From assembly GCF_008065095.1 (NCBI RefSeq), contig NZ_CP042911.1:6900001-6932000 (forward strand): a stretch of 32,000 nt of DNA. Reading direction: 5' to 3'. The DNA comes from Gemmata obscuriglobus. Lineage in GTDB: Bacteria; Planctomycetota; Planctomycetia; Gemmatales; Gemmataceae. The notes beneath the pieces were generated by a model. It saw only the letters and a list, made by a program, of their open reading frames with translations, was not told the DNA's origin and made no database searches. Positions 9,801 through 17,900 of the stretch are shown here, in pieces. The translations under genes and the position numbers were made by a program. Each line of letters starts with the position of its first letter. The stretch's first letter is position 1.

Positions 9801-12800
9801 CGGTCATCAAGGGCGTGGGCGCGTCCAGCGACGGCCGCGACAAGGGGCTGACCGCGCCGCGGGCCGAGGGGCAACTGCGGGCGCTGCACCGGGCGTACGC
9901 GCAGGCCCGGGTGAACCCCTCCAAGGTCGCGCTCGTCGAGGCGCACGGCACCGGGACAGTGGTGGGCGACCAGACCGAAGCCCGCGCGATCGGCCAACTG
10001 ATGCGCGACGCCGGCGGGGCCGCGCAGACGTGCGCGATCGGCTCCGTGAAGTCGATGATCGGGCACAGCAAGTGCGCCGCCGGGCTCGCGGGGCTCATCA
10101 AGACCGCGTTCGCCCTGCACCACAAGGTGCTGCCGCCGACGCAGGTGGAGAAGCCGAACCCGAAGGCGAACCTGGACGGCGGGCCGCTGTACCTGAACAC
10201 CGAGGCGAAGCCGTGGGTCCACGGCGCCGATCACCCGCGCACCGCCGGGGTCAGCGCGTTCGGGTTCGGCGGCACCAACTTCCACACGGTGCTCGAGGAG
10301 TACACCGGCGACTTCCTGAACCGCCCCGAAACCGGGCTGCGGCAGTGGCCGGCGGAACTGTTCGTGTGGCGCCGCGCGGACAAGGCCGCGGTCCTCGATT
10401 CGGTCAAGAAGGTGCGCGACGCCCTGGCCGCCGGGGCACAACCGACGCCGGCCGATCTCGCGGCCAGCGTGTGGCACAGCAGCAAGTCGGCCGCCGCGGG
10501 CGCTCCGGTGCTGGCGGTGGTCGCGACCTCGCTCGCGGACCTGAAGGACAAGCTCGGCACCGCCCTGGAGGCGCTGCCGAAGGCGACCGACGCCCACACC
10601 GACCCGCGCGGCGTGTACTTCTCCGCGAAACCGGCCGCGGGCAAGGTCGCGTTCCTGTTCCCGGGCCAGGGGTCGCAGTACCCCGACATGCTCGCGCAGG
10701 TGGCGATGGCGTTCGGCGAGGTGCGCGAGGTGCTCGACCGCGCCGAGGGGACGCTCGCGGGCGACCTCGACCGGCCGCTCGGCAAGCTGATCTACCCGCC
10801 GTCGCCGTTCACCCCCGAGCAGGACGCCGCGAACCGCGACGCGCTCCGGCGCACCGAGGTCGCGCAGTCCAGCATTGGGGCGACGAGCCTCGGCATGTAC
10901 CGGCTGCTGTCGGCGCTGGGCGTCGAAGCCGACATGTTCGCCGGGCACAGCTACGGCGAGTACACCGCGCTCGCGGCGGCGGGCGCGCTGCCCGAAGACG
11001 ACCTGATGCGGCTGTCGTTCAAGCGGGGCCGCGCGATCCGCGAGGCCGCCGCGACGGCGCCCGGCGGGATGATCGCCGCGGACACCACCGCCGAGGCCAT
11101 CGAGCCGGTGCTGAAGGGCCTGCCCGAGGTCTGGATCGCGAACCACAACTCGCCCACCCAGACGGTGATCGCGGGCACCGAAGCCGGCGTGAAGCGTGCC
11201 GCCGAGAAGCTCCAGGCGGCCGGCATCCGGTCGCAGCGGATCGCGGTGGCGTGCGGGTTCCACTCGCCGCTGATCGCCGGCGCGAAGCCGCCGCTCGCGG
11301 AGGCGCTTGGGCAGGCCAAGTTCGGTGCGCCGAAGAAGCCGGTGTTCTCGAACACCAGCGCCGCCCCGCACCCCGCCGACGGGGCCGCGATCGCCGCGCA
11401 GCTCGCGGAGCACCTGGTTTCCCCGGTGCGGTTCGCGGACGAAGTGCGGGCCATGCACGCGGCCGGCGCGCGGGTGTTCGTGGAGGTCGGCCCGCAGGCG
11501 GTGCTCACGGGCCTCACGGGCCAGATCCTCGCCGGCAAGCCGCACGTCGCGCTCGCGACGGACGCGAAGTCGCGCCCGGGGCTGGTGCAACTGGCCCACG
11601 TCCTCGGCCAACTGCTGACGGCCGGCGTGGGCGCGAACCTCGACCGGCTGTTCGTGGGCCGTGCGGTTCAGCCGTTCGACCTCGCGAAGCTCAGCGCCGA
11701 CACCGGCAAGCCGAAGCACCCGGCCACCGCGTGGGTGGTGAACGGGGTGCGCAGCCGGCCGATCAACGGGCCGGAGCCGCGGCTGCTGGGCCAGGCCTTG
11801 CCCGCGGGTGCGGCCGCCGCTGCTGCGGCCAAACCTGCCCCCGCGGCTGCACAATCGGCGCCCGCGCCTGCTCCTTCCGTGCCGGCCGCTCCTGCCCACG
11901 GGGCACCTCGTGGGTCGGCTGAAACCAAGGCGGCGAAAAGCACTCCGCCCGCGCCGCAAGTGAACGCGCCTGCGCGTTCCCCGGTGCAAACGACTTCTGC
12001 GCCTGCGGCCGCTCCGGTTCGCGGGGCTCCGGCCCCCCGCTCGCCCGGAACTGCCGCACCCTTTCCCTCTACCGCTGCCGTCACCACGCCCTCACGAGCG
12101 ATGATGCACAACACCGATACACCGCCCGCCCTCCCCGTTCCGTCGGCGAACGGGAACGGCTACGCGCACGCCAGCACCCCGGCGCCGGACGGCGCGGCCG
12201 CCGTGATGATGCACTTCCAGGATGTGATGGCCAAGTTCCTGGACACGCAGAAGTCGGTGATGCTCGGGTTCCTCGGCGCGCCCGCGGCAGCCCCGGCCCC
12301 GGCCGCGCCGGCGAACGGGCACGCGACCTACGCCGCGGTGCCGTACACCAACGGCCACGCGTACACGAACGGTAACGGTAACGGCAACGGTCACGCATAC
12401 ACGAACGGCAACGGTCACGCGGCCACCGCCCCGCGGCCGGTGGCGGCCCCGGTCAACCGCGTCGCGCCGCAAACGGTCGCCCGACCGGCAGCACCGGTCG
12501 TTGCTCCGGCTGCGCCCGCCAACGGGCGCAACGGGAAGCACGAGACGAACGGGGCGCACGCTCCCACCCCGGCTCCGGCCCCCGCTCCCACTCCCGCCCC
12601 GGTCGTGGTTGCGGAAGTGGTCGCGAAGAAGCCCGGTCAGGTTCTGGACCGGGACGCGCTGCTCGCCCAACTCCTCGAACTCGTCAGCGAACGCACCGGA
12701 TACCCGAAGGAAGCGCTCAGCATCGACCTCGACCTTGAGGCCGACCTGGGGGTCGATTCGATCAAGCGCGTGGAAGTGCTCGGCGCCCTCGCCGAGAGCA

Positions 12801-14659
12801 TTGAGGCCGGCGCCGACGGCAAGCAGCCGAACCTCGAAATGGAAAAGCTCAGCGTCATCAAGACGCTGCGCGGGATCGCGGACTACGTGATGGGCGCGCT
12901 GAACGAGGCGGCCCCCGCGGCGGCTCCTTCTACGAACGGCAAGCACGAACCGGCGGCGCTGCCGGCCGCGCCCGCGGCGGGCACGAGCGGCGACCTGCAC
13001 CCCGGGGCGCGCCAGGGCGACGTGCAGCGGCTCGTGGTGCGGCTGATCGACGCGCCGCTCCCGATCCGGCCCACGTTCAAGCCGCCGACCGGTGCCATCG
13101 TCATCACCGACGACGGTCAGGGCACCGCGCGGGAGCTGGCCGACCGGCTCGCGGAACTGGACATCAAGACCGCGCTCGTGCGGCACGGCGGCGGGGACGG
13201 GTTCACGGCCGACCTCACCGACCCGGACGAGGTGAGCGACCTGCTCAAGATCCTGCGGTCGAAGGTCGGCCCGGTGTCCGGGCTGATCCACCTGCTCCCG
13301 CTGGCCGAGCCGCCCGCGGGCGAGTCCGCCGAGCAGCGGATGCGGCGCGAGGTGAAGTCGCTGTACCTGCTGGCCCGCGGGCTCGAAGGTGACATCCGCG
13401 AGGCCGGCAAGGGCGGCTCCGCGGTGCTGCTCGCGGTCACCGCGCTGGGCGGCACGATGGGGTACGGGCGCGACCTGCCCGACGACTTCTTCGCGGGGCA
13501 CGGCGGCATCGCCGGGTTCACGAAGTGCCTCGGGTACGAGTGGCCGGAGGTGACCGTTCGCGCGGTCGACGTGAGCGCCGACGCGCCCGCGCCGCGGCTC
13601 GCGGAACAACTGCTCGGCGAACTCGGCGACCCGGACGGACCGTTCGAGGTCGGCCGCGACGGCGAGTTCCGGAAGACGTGGCAGGTCGATCCGGGGCCGC
13701 TCGCCAAAGAGACGGCGGCGATCGAACTCGACGCGAACTCCACCGTTCTCGTGACGGGCGGCGCGCGGGGCATCACCGCGAAGATCGCGCTGGAGATCGC
13801 GACGCGGTACAAGTCGCGCCTGGTGCTGGTCGGCAGCTCGCCGGTGCCGGTCGCGGAGCACCCGGACACGACCCCGCTGACGGCGCCCGCGGACCTGAAG
13901 GCCGCGCTGATGAAGCTCCTTCAGGCCGAAGGGAAGTCGGCCGCGCCCGCGGCGGTCGAGCAGGCGTACAAGCGGCTCCTGAAGGACCGCGAGATCCGGC
14001 AGAACCTGGACGCCATCCGCCACGCCGGGAGCGAGGTCGAGTACCGGTGCGTGGACGTGCGCGACGCCGCGGCGTTCGGCGCGCTCATCGCCGGGCTGAA
14101 CGCGACCACGGGCATCACGGGCGTGATCCACGGCGCCGGGGTGATCGAGGACAAGCTGCTGCGGGACAAGACGCCCGAGTCGTTCGACCGCGTGTTCGGG
14201 ACGAAGGTGGACAGCGCGCTGACGCTGGCCCGCAAGCTGGACCCGGCGAAGCTGAAGTTCTTCGCGCTGTTCGCGTCGATCACGAGCCGGTACGGGAACC
14301 GCGGCCAGTCCGACTACGCCGCGGCCAACGAGGTGCTCAGCAAACTGGCGTGCCAGCTCGACCGCAAGTGGCCGGGGCGGGTGGTGTCGGTGGCGTGGGG
14401 GCCGTGGGCCGAGGTGGGCATGGTGGCGGACCTCGCGAAGCACCTCGTCGCCCGCGGGCTGAAGCTGATCGAGCCGGGCGTGGGGGCCGGGTTCGCGGTC
14501 GACGAGTTCGTGTTCGGGACGAAGGGCGAGCCCGAGGTGCTGGTGGCCGGCGGGACCGAGTCCGCGCCCAAGCCGGCGCGGCCGAGCGCCCCGGGCGAGT
14601 CGTCGCCGGTCCCGACGGGGCCGAACGGCTACCCGATCGCGTCCGGCGCGGGCGGCTGA
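6878..14659 (+). CDS. Multidomain PUFA-synthase-like type I PKS/FAS subunit: NMO/ER-like 1, NMO/ER-like 2 (PfaD-like), KS, AT, Pro/Ala linker, ACP, KR
   Basis: 2593-aa ORF. ER-like 1 has [12 protein letters not shown] (7250-7285) and [24 protein letters not shown]. ER-like 2 has [13 protein letters not shown] (7871-7909) and [11 protein letters not shown] (8249-8281). KS has [13 protein letters not shown] (~8950), [36 protein letters not shown] (Cys codon 9539-9541), EAHGTGT (His 9944-9946) and GHSKCAAG (His 10064-10066). AT has GQGSQ (10664-10678) and GHSYGE (Ser codon 10949-10951). A low-complexity Pro/Ala/Asn-Gly linker spans ~11760-12640. ACP has [10 protein letters not shown] (Ser codon 12758-12760). 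KR has TGGARGIT (13754-13777) and SDYAAAN (Tyr codon 14315-14317). Confidence 0.93.
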   Translation: [2593 protein letters not shown]

Positions 14660-14664
14660 TGTCG

Positions 14665-14779
14665 GCGCCGGGGCGCGGGCCTCTGGCCCGCCGGTAGGAG
14701 TGTGCGGGGCGTCCGCGAAGAGTCGTGTCGCCGCACGGATTCGTTAGCGTCAGCGGGCCAGAGGCCCGCGCTCCGGCGC
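14665..14779. repeat. GC-rich stem-loop: 27-bp inverted repeat (1 mismatch) with a nested small hairpin
   Basis: gcgccggggcgcgggcctctggcccgc (14665-14691) pairs with gcgggccagaggcccgcgctccggcgc (14753-14779). An inner pair is gtgcgg (14702-14707) with ccgcac (14731-14736). The structure starts 6 nt after the PKS1 stop codon. Confidence 0.8.
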
Positions 14780-14794
14780 TGGGACACCGAAAGG

Positions 14795-14962
14795 GGCACA
14801 GGGCTCCCGCCCTGTGCTACGCCCGCCGGCCCCTCCGGGGCGGAAAGACAAGTTCAAAGGCAACAGGATTGCACCTCTTTTGCCTTTGCACTTTCCTCTT
14901 TTGCCTTGGTTTTGCACCCCGGAGGGGTCGTCGGACGTAGCACAGGGTGGGAGCCCTGTGCC
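14795..14962. repeat. MITE-like palindromic element: 46-bp imperfect inverted repeats flanking a 76-nt lower-GC core
   Basis: Left arm 14795-14840 is ggcacagggctcccgccctgtgctacgcccgccggcccctccgggg. The reverse complement of right arm 14917-14962 differs from it at 4 of 46 positions. Each arm contains its own small palindrome (cacaggg...ccctgtg). The core carries repeated ttttgcctt(t/g)g motifs. Confidence 0.8.
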
Positions 14963-14996
14963 GCCGGCGCCCGGCGCTTCTTCAACCTGATCTGGC

Positions 14997-17900
14997 ATGA
15001 CCAACACCCTCACCGACTCGCCGCTCCCCGCCACGCCGCCCGCGACCGGGTGGGATACGGTGCTCTTCGTGCTGCGGGGCGCCGATCGCGCCGAGTTGCG
15101 CGCCCGCGCGCTCGCGCTGGTCGCCGACCTGGAGCGCCGGCCCGACGCCGAACTCGTTCCCCTGGCGGCGGCGCTCGCGGCGGAACTCCAGCCCGGCGGC
15201 GCGCGGCTCGCGGTGGTCGCCGGCTCGCGCGCCGACCTGCTCGCGCGGCTGACCCGCGCCGCGGACCGGCTCGGCGACCCGAAGGTCAAGCAGATCCGCG
15301 ACTCCAACGGGGCCTACTACTTCTCCGAACCGCTCGCGGAGCAGGGCACGGTGGCGCTGCTGTTTCCCGGTGAGGGGGCGCAGTACCTGAACATGCTCGC
15401 CGACCTGTGCGGCGTGTTCCCGGAGGTCGAAGACACGTTCGCGTGGTCCGACCAACTGTCCGCGGAGGCGGGGCGGCCGGAGGCCTCGCTGCGCCGGATG
15501 CTGCACCTCCCACCGAGCGCGACCGCCGAGGAAAAGGCCGCCGCGGAAGCGGAGCTGCGGGGGCTGGGGCCGTCCATCTTCGGCGTGCTGCTCGCGGACC
15601 AGGCCATCTACCGCGTGATCGAGCACCTCAAGGTGCCCGTGGCCGCGATGGCGGGGCACAGCGCCGGGGAGCTCGGCGCGCTGCTGGCGAGCGGGGCAAT
15701 GGACACGCGCGAGTCGCACGGCTCGCGGCTGCCCGACATCATGGAGGTGATGCAGCGCCAGGAGGCCGACGCCGGCGGCCCCGATGTGGCGCTGCTCGCC
15801 GTGGGCGCCAGCAAACAGACCATCACCGAGGTCGCCGAGGCGGTCGCGGGCGGGGCGGTGATCGTCGCGATGGACAACTGCCCGCACCAGTGCGTGGCGG
15901 TCGGGCCGACGCACCTCGTCGCCGCGGTGGAATCGGCGCTGGCGGAAAAGGGCGTGATCGCGGAGCGGCTCCCGTTCAAGCGGCCGTACCACACGCCGCT
16001 GTTCGAGCCGTACATGGGGGCGTTCCGCGAGCTGTTCGCGGCCGTCCCGTTCGGCGGCCAGCACACGCCCATTTACAGTTGCTCGACCGGCGCGCTGTTC
16101 CCTTCGGACCCGGACGCGATGCGGGAACTGGCCGTGAACCACTGGGTTCACCCCGTCGAGTTCACGCGGCTGATCGAGAACATGCACGCCGACGGGGTGA
16201 GACTGTTCGTAGAGTGCGGCCCGCGCGGGAACCTGTCCGCCTTCGTGGAAGACATCCTGCGCGGCAAGCCCTTCGCCGCGATCCCGGCCAACGTCCCCCG
16301 CAAGAGCGGCCCGACGCAGATCAACCACATGGTCGCACAACTCGTGGCACACGGCGTCGAACTCAACTTGGGTCACCTGTTCGGGGCGCGGGACGAAGAC
16401 CCGGCACCCGGTCCCCTCACCGTTCTCGTAGCCCCGGCCAATGGAGCTTCTGTGGGTCAGCGGGAAGGGAGTGGGAGTTCCGCCGACCCGCGCCAATCTC
16501 CGCCGATCGGACCGCCGGGCGAGCGGAGAGGGGCGATGGGTCGGTCCGACTTTGCCGTACACGACTACCTGCGCGTGATGGGGCAGTTCCTCGACACCCA
16601 GCGCGAGGTGATGTCGGCGTTCCTCGGGAGCCCGTTCGTTCCTTCGGCGCCGGCGCCCGCTGCTGATCGGCTCGTTTCGACCGAGCCCTTACCGGCTCTG
16701 GAGCCAGAGGCGCTTCCGCCCTTCTGTCTCGTCGAGACGGTGGTTCATCACGAACCCGGGCGCGAGATCGTGTTCCGGCGCGTTCTGGACGAGCGCGAGG
16801 ACCGGTACGCGTCCGATCACACCTTGGGCGGGCGCGGGGTGAGCCGCGAAGACCCGGGGCAGAACGGGCTGCCCGTGCTGCCCATGACGTTCAGCCTCGA
16901 AGCGATGGCCGAGGCCGCGTCGCTGCTCGTACCGGGCAAAGTGGTGATCGGGCTGCGCAACATCCGGCTGTTCCGGTGGCTCCCGCTCGACCCCGAAACG
17001 ACCACGCTCGAGGTGCGGGCGACGGTCGCCGTGGTCGATCCCGGGACCGGCGCCGTCGAAGTCCGGGCGGACGTGCGCGACCTCGGCAACTCGTTCCTAC
17101 GCGACGGCGCCGGCAAGGCGTCCGCGGAGGCGGTGGTGCTCCTCGCCGACCGCTACCCGGACCCGCCGGCGCCGCTGCCGTTCGAACTGACCGGCGCGGT
17201 GCCGTGCAAGAGCACGGTCGAGGACCTGCGCCGGAACATGTTCCACGGGCCGGTGTTCCAGATGATCCGCACGCTCGACACCACCGGGCGCGAGGGGATC
17301 GAGGGGACGCTGGAGGTGCAGTCGCGGGAAACGTGGTTCCGCTCGAACCCCGACCCGCAGTTCGCCCTCGACCCCGTCCTGATGGATGCGGCGATGCACA
17401 TCCTGGGGGCGTGGCACCTCGAGCAGCCGGACTGGACCGGCCGCATCCTGCTGCCGTTCGAGGTGCAGAAGGTCGAGTACTTCGGCCCGACGCCGCAGGT
17501 CGGCGCGCACGTCCTGGTGCGCGGGCACAACGAGCAGGAGTCGGCCCGGCACTTCCGGCACGGCCTCGAAGTGTTCGACGAGACCGGTAACGTGTGGCTG
17601 CGGCTCACCGGCGCGGGCTACTGGCGGTTCTACCTGCCGTTCGGGCACGTCAACTTCTTCGGGCCGAAGGACGAGTACTACCTGAGCCGCGAGTGGGCGG
17701 AAGCCGCTGCGGGAAATGCGGAATTCGGAACGCGGAATTCGGAACAGAAGACACAAGGCAATTCGACTCCGCACTCCGCATTTGCAAAGTGCTACTTCCT
17801 GGAACCGCCCGCGGACCTGAAGCAGCCGGTGCTGCGTGCCGCCGGGGCGCGCGTGACGATGACGCCGGCCGAACTGGACGTGTTCGGCACCTGGACGGGC

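Noticed and set aside
6701-14443. Giant antisense or off-frame ORFs across the PKS1 gene (6701..11989 minus, 1762 aa; 8035..11922 plus, 1295 aa; 12092..14443 minus, 783 aa; 13525..14697 plus)
   Set aside because: These have Arg/Gly/Pro-dominated low-complexity translations. The +1 frame from 6878 carries a complete, ordered set of PKS catalytic motifs, so the others are GC-driven shadow ORFs.
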